Virus record (IMG/VR): IMGVR_UViG_3300011337_000669
Length of the DNA: 64,000 nucleotides
Reading direction: 5' to 3' (one strand)
From: a virus
Lineage: Duplodnaviria > Caudoviricetes
A model generated the notes under the pieces. That model saw nothing but the letters and a program-made list of their open reading frames with translations, was not told the origin of the DNA and made no database searches. The position numbers and the translations under genes were made by a program. This document shows, piece after piece, positions 1 through 10,014 of this stretch (positions within the stretch are counted from its first letter, which is position 1; every line of letters begins with the position of its first letter).

Positions 1-1277
1 CCATATGTTCCTTTTGTACCTGAAGATCCACTTGTGCCAGTAGTTCCTGAAGAACCTGATGTTCCACTAGTTCCTGAAGCACCAGATGTTCCTGTTGTAC
101 CTGAAGAACCAGATGTTCCACTTGTTCCTGATGAACCAGATGTTCCTGTTGTACCTGAAGAACCACTTGTTCCTGAAGAACCACTTGTTCCTGATGAACC
201 AGATGTTCCTGTTGTACCTGATGTTCCTGAAGAACCATCTGTACCATCAACACCACTTATTCCAGATGTACCTGAGGTACCATTCAAACCGCTAGTTCCT
301 GAAGTACCAGTTGTTCCGCTAGTTCCTGAAGAACCAGATGTTCCTGTTGTACCTGAAGAACCAGATGTTCCACTAGTTCCCGAAGACCCAGATGTTCCAC
401 TAGTTCCTGACGTACTATTAGGAATTACTACTGTAATATTACCATCTCCATCATCAATAACAGTCGCTCCACTGAATGTAATACCTGAAACGGGAAATAC
501 AGGTGTACCACCATCACCAACTGATAATGCCGAACCTGAACCTGATGTAATTCCCGTTATTTCAACATTACTACCATCACTATTATTAAGTGTTAAAGTT
601 TCCGTTCCACTATTATATGTACCTCCAGTAACCGTACCCGTAAACCCCGTAATTGTTATTGTTCCACCTGTATTATTAAATAACTCTAATGTAGTAACTG
701 CAGAAAAATACGTACCACCCGTAATCTGAACGTCAGTTCCTTCAAACTTTTTCCATCTAGCATTTTCCCTTGATACCCCATCAACTCCTTCAATAGTCGA
801 TCCCGTCCACGCATTAATGAAGTCTCGACCCTCGGCAGACCTACTATTGACAATTGTACTATAATCGGATTGTGTGATTGCAGAATTTCCTGTCAATCCC
901 GATAAACTATTCCAAAGTAGTTCGTAGTCAGGTATTTGATATTGATAAACAGTTTCTGTTTCTTGAACAAAAACCTGCATACCCAACCTTCTTCTTCCTG
1001 AAGATATATTGTCTGAATTTAATGTTACAAAATCAGGTGAAAAAGCAGAACCAGTACCTTTGTTAAAATTTATAGGAATTGTATTGGCAGATAACTGAAT
1101 ATTTGCAGGATAGGTTGATGCTGTAAGAGTTAATCCCAAGTCATTGAGGTCCCAAACCTCCATGTATCCACCAATATTTAATACCGAAAAAGTATTACCA
1201 AATGTTACAGTTCTCCCTACCGATTCCGCACCTGATAATTGTGTTCCAGTCGTTGGGTTTTTATATTCGAATGCCAT
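1..1277 (-). CDS. Collagen-like (Gly-X-Y repeat) tail fibre/virion protein, runs off the left edge
   Basis: Absent from the ORF track. ATG at 1277 reads MAFEYKNPTTGTQLSG..., and manual translation found no stop to the window edge. From ~420 to 1 it is continuous GTS/GSS/GTT triplets. Confidence 0.85.
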   Translation of the reverse strand, partial: MAFEYKNPTTGTQLSGAESVGRTVTFGNTFSVLNIGGYMEVWDLNDLGLTLTASTYPANIQLSANTIPINFNKGTGSAFSPDFVTLNSDNISSGRRRLGMQVFVQETETVYQYQIPDYELLWNSLSGLTGNSAITQSDYSTIVNSRSAEGRDFINAWTGSTIEGVDGVSRENARWKKFEGTDVQITGGTYFSAVTTLELFNNTGGTITITGFTGTVTGGTYNSGTETLTLNNSDGSNVEITGITSGSGSALSVGDGGTPVFPVSGITFSGATVIDDGDGNITVVIPNSTSGTSGTSGSSGTSGTSGSSGTTGTSGSSGTSGTTGTSGTSGLNGTSGTSGISGVDGTDGSSGTSGTTGTSGSSGTSGSSGTSGSSGTTGTSGSSGTSGTSGSSGTTGTSGASGTSGTSGSSGTTGTSGSSGTKGTY

Positions 1278-1296
1278 TTTAAATTTGTTATTATAA

Positions 1297-2415
1297 TTAA
1301 GTTTTAGTATCTCCTTTGAAATATAATGTGTCCCCTAATGGTACCGTGGCAGGTAATATAAAATTCCACAATACCCTATATATGCCCGCAGGAATTTGAC
1401 ATCCTGCCGGTACAGTCACATTTATCGCAGCCAACCCTGAATCAGGAATGTAATCATTAAATGTATTAGTTGCACAAGCAGTACCGTTACCTACGTCAAC
1501 TGTCATGTTATTTAAAGTTCCTCCAACACCATTGAGAGGTATCCAAACAGTATAACTATATTGTACATTCGGATTTACTTCAGATGTTGTAATTTCAATC
1601 GTTCCGAAGGTATATTGATTTTGAGTACACCCAAAAGTGTCAGTTCCAGATCCTGAAGTTTGCCTAATAGAACTTGAATTGTTAGAAATATTACTAACAA
1701 AATTACCATTACTTCCAGTCCATCCCGAATAAAGAATATAAATCGCCATATCCGAAGCGTAAGTCACAGTTGATGGAATCCCACTATTACCCAATCCATA
1801 ATATTGCATACTACCATTATCAGACATATATTGACCCAAATCATTTTGAGATGTCGAGTCTTGAGGTTCTGGTATTAAATAAGCGCTAAATAGTGGTAAA
1901 GATGTACTTGATGGTGTTGGTGTTGGAGTTCCAGTATTAGTTGGAGTTAGTGTATTAGTTGGTGTTGGAGAAGGTGTTTCACTAGGTGTCTGAGTTTGAG
2001 TTTGAGTTGTTGTATTAGTTGGCGTTGGCGAAGGCGTTTCACTAGGTGTCTGAGTTTGAGTTTGAGTTGTTGTATTAGTTGGCGTTGGCGAAGGCGTTTC
2101 ACTAGGTGTCTGAGTTTGAGTTGGAGTTGTTCCAACTGTAGCACTTGGAGTTGGAGTTAACGTAGATGTTAGAGTAGGTGTAGGTGTTGGAGTTGCACAT
2201 TCTAATACAACTACAATTCCATTGAACATATCGTTTCTAGTCGCGCCAGAATAATATATTACATCATCAACATAAATGTTGAACGGTCCTAGTGCATTTG
2301 AATTAGAAGCCAGCCTAACGATATATGAAGTACAACCATCAACTGAAAGTTGTTGCTCAATCTCTGTATTACATCCAGGAGCATTATTAGTAACTAAAAT
2401 AGAATATGTCGACAT
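1297..2415 (-). CDS. Putative virion protein with Thr/Pro-rich (TPTPT) linker between N- and C-terminal beta-rich domains
   Basis: 372-aa ORF with a long TPTPSETPSPTPTNT repeat, located among fibre genes. Confidence 0.7.
   Translation of the reverse strand: MSTYSILVTNNAPGCNTEIEQQLSVDGCTSYIVRLASNSNALGPFNIYVDDVIYYSGATRNDMFNGIVVVLECATPTPTPTLTSTLTPTPSATVGTTPTQTQTPSETPSPTPTNTTTQTQTQTPSETPSPTPTNTTTQTQTQTPSETPSPTPTNTLTPTNTGTPTPTPSSTSLPLFSAYLIPEPQDSTSQNDLGQYMSDNGSMQYYGLGNSGIPSTVTYASDMAIYILYSGWTGSNGNFVSNISNNSSSIRQTSGSGTDTFGCTQNQYTFGTIEITTSEVNPNVQYSYTVWIPLNGVGGTLNNMTVDVGNGTACATNTFNDYIPDSGLAAINVTVPAGCQIPAGIYRVLWNFILPATVPLGDTLYFKGDTKT
1951..2130. repeat. 60-bp in-frame coding tandem repeat, about 3 copies
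   Basis: 1981-2040 and 2041-2100 are identical, with near-identical partial copies on both flanks. Unit encodes ETPSPTPTNTTTQTQTQTPS. Confidence 0.95.
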
Positions 2416-2520
2416 TCAAGGTTTTTATTAAATAAATACCACAACTATTCTATTTCATTTACGTTATTATCAAAAATGTATAATGAATATTTTTTAATTA
2501 AGATAAACGACACCACAACT

Positions 2521-2856
2521 TTAATTTGTGGTGTATATTGAAAAATTACAGTTAGATTCTTGGATGTCCATATTAACAACACAAGACGCCAATTCAATGG
2601 TAATTTGGAATGAACATCCAAAAGTACATTGTAATATTTTGAATATCCCACAGTTGTTACCATCAACCAACGTCAACATAATTTCAGGTGCTGTATTAAA
2701 TATTGGTGGAATTACGGTGTTATATTCTACAGTAGGTGGGACTACAGAACTAATTGTTCCAAGCAAAGTTTGATTATTTCCATATACATCCGATATGTAA
2801 ACACTAAACGGATACGCCGTACTTCCTGATATGTCTGTTATTCTAACTTGTGTCAT
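2521..2856 (-). CDS. Small hypothetical virion-module protein
   Basis: ORF-track 2521..2865. Start moved to ATG at 2856, which forms an ATGA overlap with the upstream stop. Confidence 0.7.
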   Translation of the reverse strand: MTQVRITDISGSTAYPFSVYISDVYGNNQTLLGTISSVVPPTVEYNTVIPPIFNTAPEIMLTLVDGNNCGIFKILQCTFGCSFQITIELASCVVNMDIQESNCNFSIYTTN

Positions 2857-4988
2857 GATAAACAAATTATGTCATAAACTATGATTAAATCAATAACAAT
2901 TTCTTCGCCTTGTAGAGAAGTATTAGTCCTATTAGTTTCAATAGTGATTTGATTATTAAGTTGGTCTATTATAACATTTCCCACACCAGGTATTCCCAAT
3001 AATAACGTACGAATTGTGTCATAATAGTCATTATCAGTTGGTACTTGAACTAATGAAGTCGATGTAAAAAAGTTTTCAGTTGCAATTATTCCTGATGGAT
3101 TCACGGAAACTTTAACAGTAAAGGTCGCACTTATCAAATCGCAACTTGTGTTTCCTGATGTCAAATCAAAAAACCCTTCATTCAACATTTGTAATAAACC
3201 AAATTTGGTTGGTGATTCTATGTTGAATACCTCAGCTCCCATTACATAAGTTTGATATGATGTTGAGTTTGTGTTACAAGTTATTGTTGTATTTCTTGTT
3301 AATGAACAACTATTGGAATCAACAACTGTTAAAGAATATGTTCCCGCAGTTAATCCAGTAACTTGTATTTGTTGTGGTTCATTTGGTACATTATCCGACC
3401 AATTAAAACTAAATGGTGGCTCACCTGAGGTTATGAATGCAGTAATTTTACCACTCGATCCACTACCACAAGAAGTACTATATAAAGAATAGTATAATGG
3501 TTGACTACTTGGTACTAAAATATTTGTAGTTTGAACACATCCATCAGCATCAGTCACAGAAACAACGTGAGTACCTGACGTTAGATTATTGAATGTAACC
3601 GCAGTTAAATTTGTGTCTATTACATTTTGTATCCCGTCAACAGAATAATCCAATGGTAAAGTCCCTCCACTTGTTGTAAAAATTGTAACCGACCCATTAT
3701 TTTGATTACAACTTGTCCCCACAACTTGAGTTGAAATAGTGAATTTATTTTGAGCAACTAAAGTTACCTCTTGTAAATAAGAACATCCACTATTGTCTGT
3801 GACACCTACAGTGTATGTACCTCCACTTAGATTTCCAAAAATTTGTGTACTTTGAGAATTACTAATATTTAACTGATTACCCGTTGGACTAATTAAAGTA
3901 TACGTATATGGTACAGTACCTCCAACCACATTTATAGTGATTGACCCATTAGAACTTGAACAGGTAGAGTTTTGTCCTTGAACTGAAACACTTGTAAGTC
4001 CTCCAGGTGTTTCAAGCGTCGTTCCCGCGAACATTTGACATAATCCCGCGTCTGTTACTTGGAAGTTATATTGACCCGCAGATAATCCTGAAATTGAAAA
4101 CGTTGTTGAATAAGATACTAAAACGTCTCCCGTAGATGCCGAATAATAAAATGGAGAAGTCCCCCCTGTTATGGTCATATTAATTACCCCATTCGATTGA
4201 AGACAAGTTGGTGCTGTTGAGGTAAATAATCCAAGTCCCACAGGACTCACGTCTATTATTGTTCCTTCCTTAGATAAAGTACAACCGAATGCATCTGTTA
4301 CCTCGACTGAATAGTTACCTGATGTTAATCCTGTAATTGTACTACCTGTCTGTCCATTACTCCATAAATAACTGTAAGGTGCTTGACCTGTTTGACCCGT
4401 TACAAAAATTTTACCTATCGGAGTTCCTCCACAACTTGAATTTGGTACAACATACAATCCATAATCTAAACTTTCTGAATCTTGAACTATGAATGTTGGA
4501 GTAAATGCGGTACATCCCCCTAAATCCGTAACACCCAAATAATAGGTACCAGCACTTAGTTGACCAAAAACAACCGCATCTGTGTTAGTTGTTGCAGAGG
4601 TTAGATAATTGTTATTAACATCAAACAAAGAAAAATTTGTTGATGAATATAAAGATGTCGATGACCCTGTAACAGAACCACTATTAGTTCCACAAGTTGT
4701 ATTTTGTATTGCGGTTATCGTTCCACATACACCACTTGATATTGGTATATTGAGCAAAAATTCATTATTAGTTGGTAAACTACTATCATTTACCCTAACC
4801 TGATAAACATTACTGGCTAACCCAACCAAAGACGCCGGCTGAACTGTAATAGTTTGAGACGCATAAGACGGGCTGATAAACTCTACGGTATATGGAGGTG
4901 TTCCCGCACTAACAAACAGATTAAGAGCACCCGAATTATTGTTGGAGCAATCACCTGTTACTGTTATATTATAATTTAATACCGCCAT
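2853..4988 (-). CDS. SprB-repeat-containing adhesin-like virion protein
   Basis: Several ~80-aa repeats with the GGT(A/P)PY(S/T)Y.W....GL..G.Y.V.VTDA.GC pattern characteristic of SprB repeats. Confidence 0.8.
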   Translation of the reverse strand: MAVLNYNITVTGDCSNNNSGALNLFVSAGTPPYTVEFISPSYASQTITVQPASLVGLASNVYQVRVNDSSLPTNNEFLLNIPISSGVCGTITAIQNTTCGTNSGSVTGSSTSLYSSTNFSLFDVNNNYLTSATTNTDAVVFGQLSAGTYYLGVTDLGGCTAFTPTFIVQDSESLDYGLYVVPNSSCGGTPIGKIFVTGQTGQAPYSYLWSNGQTGSTITGLTSGNYSVEVTDAFGCTLSKEGTIIDVSPVGLGLFTSTAPTCLQSNGVINMTITGGTSPFYYSASTGDVLVSYSTTFSISGLSAGQYNFQVTDAGLCQMFAGTTLETPGGLTSVSVQGQNSTCSSSNGSITINVVGGTVPYTYTLISPTGNQLNISNSQSTQIFGNLSGGTYTVGVTDNSGCSYLQEVTLVAQNKFTISTQVVGTSCNQNNGSVTIFTTSGGTLPLDYSVDGIQNVIDTNLTAVTFNNLTSGTHVVSVTDADGCVQTTNILVPSSQPLYYSLYSTSCGSGSSGKITAFITSGEPPFSFNWSDNVPNEPQQIQVTGLTAGTYSLTVVDSNSCSLTRNTTITCNTNSTSYQTYVMGAEVFNIESPTKFGLLQMLNEGFFDLTSGNTSCDLISATFTVKVSVNPSGIIATENFFTSTSLVQVPTDNDYYDTIRTLLLGIPGVGNVIIDQLNNQITIETNRTNTSLQGEEIVIDLIIVYDIICLS

Positions 4989-7972
4989 TAACTATTACAA
5001 TTTATACTTATATTTATTCCCGAGTTCAAAGAAAGTGTTTCATTAAGGTTTCTTTCCGTACAAGTAAGACTTGTGATTGTTAATAAGTTTCCATTTAAGA
5101 AGAATGTGAACCCATAATCATATAGTTGTGGAAGATATTGTATCAACGCGTTTCTATACATTGTATTAGTTGGTACATCAGTGAATCCATATCCAACATA
5201 AAATAACTCTTTAATTATAACATCACTACCAATTCTTAAATCAACATACCAATTACTCTCAACTGAATTTTGGATACAATCATTCAACGTCAATCCACTT
5301 TGGGTTAACATATTATTAACTCTATTAGATAATATACTGCTAAAATTACTAACATCAACATCTCCATTCAACCAAGGATATATATTAAAGTCGGTATATT
5401 CTGTTGTACATGTATAATCAAAAATATTTGATATTATAAAACATGGTTCAACAGGTACTGGCACAAATTGACACCCCCTTTGTCTTCGATAAACAAACTT
5501 CTGTCTTTGGAAGATAGAGTTTTCCATTCTAACTCCTGTATTCCATATTGTTGTAGCAGGAATCATTTGTTCCACCAATTTCATCCAATAAGGACCTATA
5601 CCATTCACATAGTCAATCAACTTTTGATAGGTATATTTGTTATTAGGTAATCCAACGGTGCTTTCTGATTCAATGTATTTCCAAAAGATAGATTGTAAGG
5701 TCGGATAACCACCTGTTTTACCATCAGTAATATATTGACGGTTCCTTACGTTAATCATGTTTTCCCAAAAAGTTTGAGAGAATTCAAAAAACGTTTTCTT
5801 TTTTGGCTGTGGATTAACAAAGGTAGAATCGACTCCACCAGGTACGGGATATCCAACCGTTAACCCTGACTCAGGGATTGGATAATCATATCTTCTTGAT
5901 TGTTCCCAAACATCATAAACTAAACCTTGTGCAGGATTTAAGAAAAGGTCTACGTTTTTAACATTCAACACCAACTTTTCGTTATCGACAAAATAGTATG
6001 CGTTGTAATCAGCAGAAGTTGAAACTCTTATTTTATCATCCTCTGCTAGCCAAGATTTATTATTATCAACCACTTTTCTAAGTTTGAACCCTTCTGTCAT
6101 ATATGGAAAATCTCTAAACCTATTTAGATAAGGTTGACCATATGTGAATGGAACTAATTGTGTTTGTATGTTGAAATTTTGTCCTGTGAATACCTGACCT
6201 GTTACCACAACCTCGTCAGGACTTCTATGTGATGGAGTTGATTCATACCAACCTGCACCTAATTGAAAGAAATAACTCTCGGAATTTACAGGGGCCTTTG
6301 GAAATCCTTCGAAATCTACAGGATAATCATCCAATCTTGTTGAGACATCTTCATATGTGTTGGTGGATGTAAATGCACTAAAAGTTTGACCTTTTATTTT
6401 ATAAGTTGATCCAGGTATAAACCCTGGAGTACTTTGAACATATGTTCCTCCTGATATCGCAGCCCATTGAATACCAAATTGGTCCATATTTATTTTTTGG
6501 TCAGCCAAATAAATGTGTTCATTAAACTCTATCAATGAATCAGGAGCCCCAATCAACCTTAACATAAATTCAACAGACCTTCTTGTCCCTTTTGATTTGA
6601 ACAAATAAGATGCATTCAAAATTAAATTACGATAGAACGTGTAGTTTAATTCTGTTGGTGTTAAAGCTCTCGCATAACCAGGATATGTTGGTGTTGATGT
6701 ATTACCAAATACCGAACTTAAAAAGTCCTCGTTAGTTATTGGTGAAAAATTTGAACTCCATCCAAGTGTTTGTGCCAAATTTACCAAAAGTTGTGACGGA
6801 ATATCATTTGAAGGATTATAACTAACCGAATTCATGTATGCTAAGGCATCTATGAATTGTTTAATTTGGTCAAAACTTCTACCATAAATTTGAAATATCT
6901 TTTCGACTTTTTGTCCTAATGTATCAAATTCTTTGAGGGAATCTGTAACCAAAAACCTCGATATCAAATTTGTCTTGAATGAATCCAAATTGATAGCAAT
7001 TTCCTCAAGTTGTCCTAAATAATTTTCAAATAAAAATGATTTAATATCTAAATTCCATGGACCTTCTTTAGGCCATGTAACTTGTTGATAATTTGTGTAA
7101 AATTGTCCTCCTTCATTTTGTTGTGGAACTTGGAATACCGCAGTATATTCAGGTCTTATAAGTCTGTTCAAAAGAAATTTTTGTACTTCATCAAAATCTT
7201 CTGCAAAAATTTTATCAACTATAAAATCGTTTGGTCTTACTTGAAATTCTTCATTAGATGTTGTTGCAGTTGTTCCAAATGGTGCTCCTGAAACAATAAA
7301 TTCAATGAATCCCGATGATAATGTTTGTGATGGAGTAAAAGAAACAACATTGAAAATATTGTCATTGATTGATATACAATAATCCAAATAAGTATTATAC
7401 AAATTTCTATATGGAGAAACGGTTATTTCCCTTACAGATAAATTTGTTACCGCACTCAAAGAATAATCGATATCGAATGGATTATTAATTCTACTAACAT
7501 CAATACGGAATGATGTTTCATTTGAAACCGAGTCGTAAGATATGTTAGTTGCTGTTGCTCCTGTTACGAAATCCTCGTTATTAAATAATATATCCAATGA
7601 TGCAGGAAACCTATGTATAATTTCAGTAATTGAAACCTGAAATCTCTTACTTAAAGACCCATACATTGAAAAGTTTAGAACTTGGGACACATCATAGTTC
7701 GGATATACTCTGAACTGTGTTGCCATTATTCTTCTACTCTCATCAACATCACCGATGTTCAACCCTTCCAAACTTATGGGCTCAGAGAATGCCCCAACAT
7801 TAAACGTTCTATTAACTTTTTCAGTAACCGAAGTTGTAAACTCAAAGTTACCTTGCGTGAGTCCTCCTCCTTCAACTGTTTGTAATCCTACAATATTGTC
7901 AGAGAAGGTTGCAGCACCACTACCTGGCCGTGGTGGGTAAAAAAATTTGGTAGTACTTTGAGTCGTAGCCAT
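4988..7972 (-). CDS. Baseplate wedge protein (T4 gp7 / P2 gpI-like domain)
   Basis: Motifs LLVNLAQTLGW and LFKSKGTRRSVEFMLRLIG resemble the tail protein I family. Located downstream of the gp6- and gp25-like genes. Confidence 0.6.
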   Translation of the reverse strand: MATTQSTTKFFYPPRPGSGAATFSDNIVGLQTVEGGGLTQGNFEFTTSVTEKVNRTFNVGAFSEPISLEGLNIGDVDESRRIMATQFRVYPNYDVSQVLNFSMYGSLSKRFQVSITEIIHRFPASLDILFNNEDFVTGATATNISYDSVSNETSFRIDVSRINNPFDIDYSLSAVTNLSVREITVSPYRNLYNTYLDYCISINDNIFNVVSFTPSQTLSSGFIEFIVSGAPFGTTATTSNEEFQVRPNDFIVDKIFAEDFDEVQKFLLNRLIRPEYTAVFQVPQQNEGGQFYTNYQQVTWPKEGPWNLDIKSFLFENYLGQLEEIAINLDSFKTNLISRFLVTDSLKEFDTLGQKVEKIFQIYGRSFDQIKQFIDALAYMNSVSYNPSNDIPSQLLVNLAQTLGWSSNFSPITNEDFLSSVFGNTSTPTYPGYARALTPTELNYTFYRNLILNASYLFKSKGTRRSVEFMLRLIGAPDSLIEFNEHIYLADQKINMDQFGIQWAAISGGTYVQSTPGFIPGSTYKIKGQTFSAFTSTNTYEDVSTRLDDYPVDFEGFPKAPVNSESYFFQLGAGWYESTPSHRSPDEVVVTGQVFTGQNFNIQTQLVPFTYGQPYLNRFRDFPYMTEGFKLRKVVDNNKSWLAEDDKIRVSTSADYNAYYFVDNEKLVLNVKNVDLFLNPAQGLVYDVWEQSRRYDYPIPESGLTVGYPVPGGVDSTFVNPQPKKKTFFEFSQTFWENMINVRNRQYITDGKTGGYPTLQSIFWKYIESESTVGLPNNKYTYQKLIDYVNGIGPYWMKLVEQMIPATTIWNTGVRMENSIFQRQKFVYRRQRGCQFVPVPVEPCFIISNIFDYTCTTEYTDFNIYPWLNGDVDVSNFSSILSNRVNNMLTQSGLTLNDCIQNSVESNWYVDLRIGSDVIIKELFYVGYGFTDVPTNTMYRNALIQYLPQLYDYGFTFFLNGNLLTITSLTCTERNLNETLSLNSGINISINCNS

Positions 7973-8880
7973 TAACTAGTTATATTTGTAAAGTTTTTAC
8001 TGAAATCAATATTATTACCTCTACTTTGTCTAACCTCATAAAGAAGAGCATTAAATTGGTCTCTAATTTCGTATAGGTTGTACTGCCGAAATATGTTATC
8101 ATTAGAGTCGTAGATAGTGTAGATACCGTCATCAATTGACTTACTTTGGTTTCCATATAGAGCAATAGCAAGAGAAGAAATATCGTACTCAACCATTTCA
8201 ATCTCAATAGATACTGGATTGAAGAAGGTGTTAGAAATAATAATATCTTGGTCAGGCTGTCCGATGTACGGAGTTGCGTTTGGTTTGTTTGTTGGTGATG
8301 AAGATGGTGAAAGAGTTAGGAATATCAAATTTGAATCTCCCTCAACATATCTATATCTAATCGCTTTTTGTGTTGTATTAACTTCATTTGTCACAACAGG
8401 TTCGCAGAAGAAACTTGATGTTACAACTCTAAAGAAATTAGGAATTTTTGACCCATCAGTATTTAGATATTCAACTCTGAATCCAACCAATCCTTGTGGA
8501 ACGAATTTATTTTGATATTGTGTTGGTACATCAGAAATGTCGATTACAATGCCCTTCACGTTCGGGAGTGCGCTTAGGACACCGCAATCACTAATAACCG
8601 TTCTAATTTCTGCAGGTCTTATATATAAGGTGTAGATACCTAGTGCATTAAATTGGTTTGCGGGTAATGTTAGATTATAAAGTCCTCCTAAAACTTCAAC
8701 ACCAGCGTTTCCACCTGTTTCCGAATTTGCAAAGTAAGGTCTTAATATTGTTTGTGCATCCAACTTTGTTAGGACAAACTGGTCTGTCACATCCCTTGTA
8801 GGTGTGTAATTCATAATGATATCAACATCCGCTGGTGAAACATCTGAAGGTCTTATTGTACCGTATGAGCCGATTGCCAT
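7972..8880 (-). CDS. Hypothetical virion-module protein
   Basis: 302-aa ORF abutting the wedge gene and preceded by the TATTTAT motif. Confidence 0.7.
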   Translation of the reverse strand: MAIGSYGTIRPSDVSPADVDIIMNYTPTRDVTDQFVLTKLDAQTILRPYFANSETGGNAGVEVLGGLYNLTLPANQFNALGIYTLYIRPAEIRTVISDCGVLSALPNVKGIVIDISDVPTQYQNKFVPQGLVGFRVEYLNTDGSKIPNFFRVVTSSFFCEPVVTNEVNTTQKAIRYRYVEGDSNLIFLTLSPSSSPTNKPNATPYIGQPDQDIIISNTFFNPVSIEIEMVEYDISSLAIALYGNQSKSIDDGIYTIYDSNDNIFRQYNLYEIRDQFNALLYEVRQSRGNNIDFSKNFTNITS

Positions 8881-8919
8881 GTTCTCTTATTTATTTTATA
8901 AATACTTTATTTCTTTTTT

Positions 8920-10014
8920 TCAATTAGGTCTTTCTTTATTAACTATATTAAAGAAACCATATCCGTAGTTCAGCATATCCCCGAGATTGTCGACCTCTCC
9001 TAATCTCATAACTCTCTCATAGGCACTATTCTTACCTCGTTCAACAAACACGTTGGTTTGTATTTGTGCTTGGTCAATTACTTTAAGTAAGACCTCGTCT
9101 TTTGTAATAGGTTGTGCGGTTAAATTATTTGATGTCAGTCCTGAGGATTCTTGGAAGAATATTGTAGTTCCATCATTGTAATCATAGTAATGAACTCCAG
9201 TAATTGTATAGGCAGTGTACACAGGATTTATATCTGATATTGCTCCCCATATTTGTCCATAACTAATTACAGGTACACCAACTTGGAACTTTGGACTGCC
9301 ATATAACGCCAATTCATTTACTCTAGATTTTGTATTTCCCGAAACCATGAATGGAACTGTAACATAATTGTTCGAAGTTTGTGCTGAAACTTCATTGACC
9401 GCATCTCCTGAAAATATATAATCGTAAGATACTGGTGTCCCAATCCAATTCCCTGTGGAAGGTGCAAAAAATGCTTGACCTTGTGGGTTATAAACTATAA
9501 CATCCGTGAATGGCACATTGATTGTTTTTGATACCTTTGTTATACCCCACGGATTTGTTTGTTCCAATGTTATAGTATATTGTTTGGTTGCGGTTGGGTA
9601 GGTATGGCTTATTGAATTGGGGGCGTAAGTCGTTATAGTTTGTTTGGGACTACCATCTCCCCAATCCACTCTGTATACTGACAATTCCAAAAACTTTTGG
9701 AACTCATCCGAAGTATTATAAACATTCCATACGTATGGATTAGTTGTTGTTGAGGAGAATAAAAAGTTTGTTACAACATCTTTTTGTAACACCGCACCAT
9801 CGAACGGACTATAGTATCCCGCATCAACCGCAGTTTGTCTTAATAAAATAGGTACTGACAAATTGGTTAACAACGAAGTACCATTAGGACCCGAACTAAC
9901 AACTTGCGTCATAGCAGAGTAAACCCCAACAGGAGTACCACTATAATTTACAACGGATAAGTCCCTTGCAACATTCTCAGGTGAGACAATAAATCTATAA
10001 GTATCCTGTGACAT
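8920..10014 (-). CDS. Hypothetical baseplate-region protein with PKD-like motif
   Basis: YRVDWGDGSP...ISHTYPT matches the PKD WGDG...H.Y pattern. Confidence 0.6.
   Translation of the reverse strand: MSQDTYRFIVSPENVARDLSVVNYSGTPVGVYSAMTQVVSSGPNGTSLLTNLSVPILLRQTAVDAGYYSPFDGAVLQKDVVTNFLFSSTTTNPYVWNVYNTSDEFQKFLELSVYRVDWGDGSPKQTITTYAPNSISHTYPTATKQYTITLEQTNPWGITKVSKTINVPFTDVIVYNPQGQAFFAPSTGNWIGTPVSYDYIFSGDAVNEVSAQTSNNYVTVPFMVSGNTKSRVNELALYGSPKFQVGVPVISYGQIWGAISDINPVYTAYTITGVHYYDYNDGTTIFFQESSGLTSNNLTAQPITKDEVLLKVIDQAQIQTNVFVERGKNSAYERVMRLGEVDNLGDMLNYGYGFFNIVNKERPN

Noticed and set aside
34-729. Plus-strand ORF with PVVPEEPDV repeats
   Set aside because: It is the antisense shadow of the Gly-X-Y gene. 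The minus frame has a proper start and matches the operon orientation.
1951-2130. Direct repeats as a possible CRISPR array
   Set aside because: The copies are contiguous with no unique spacers, the unit is a multiple of 3 inside a CDS, and no cas genes are present
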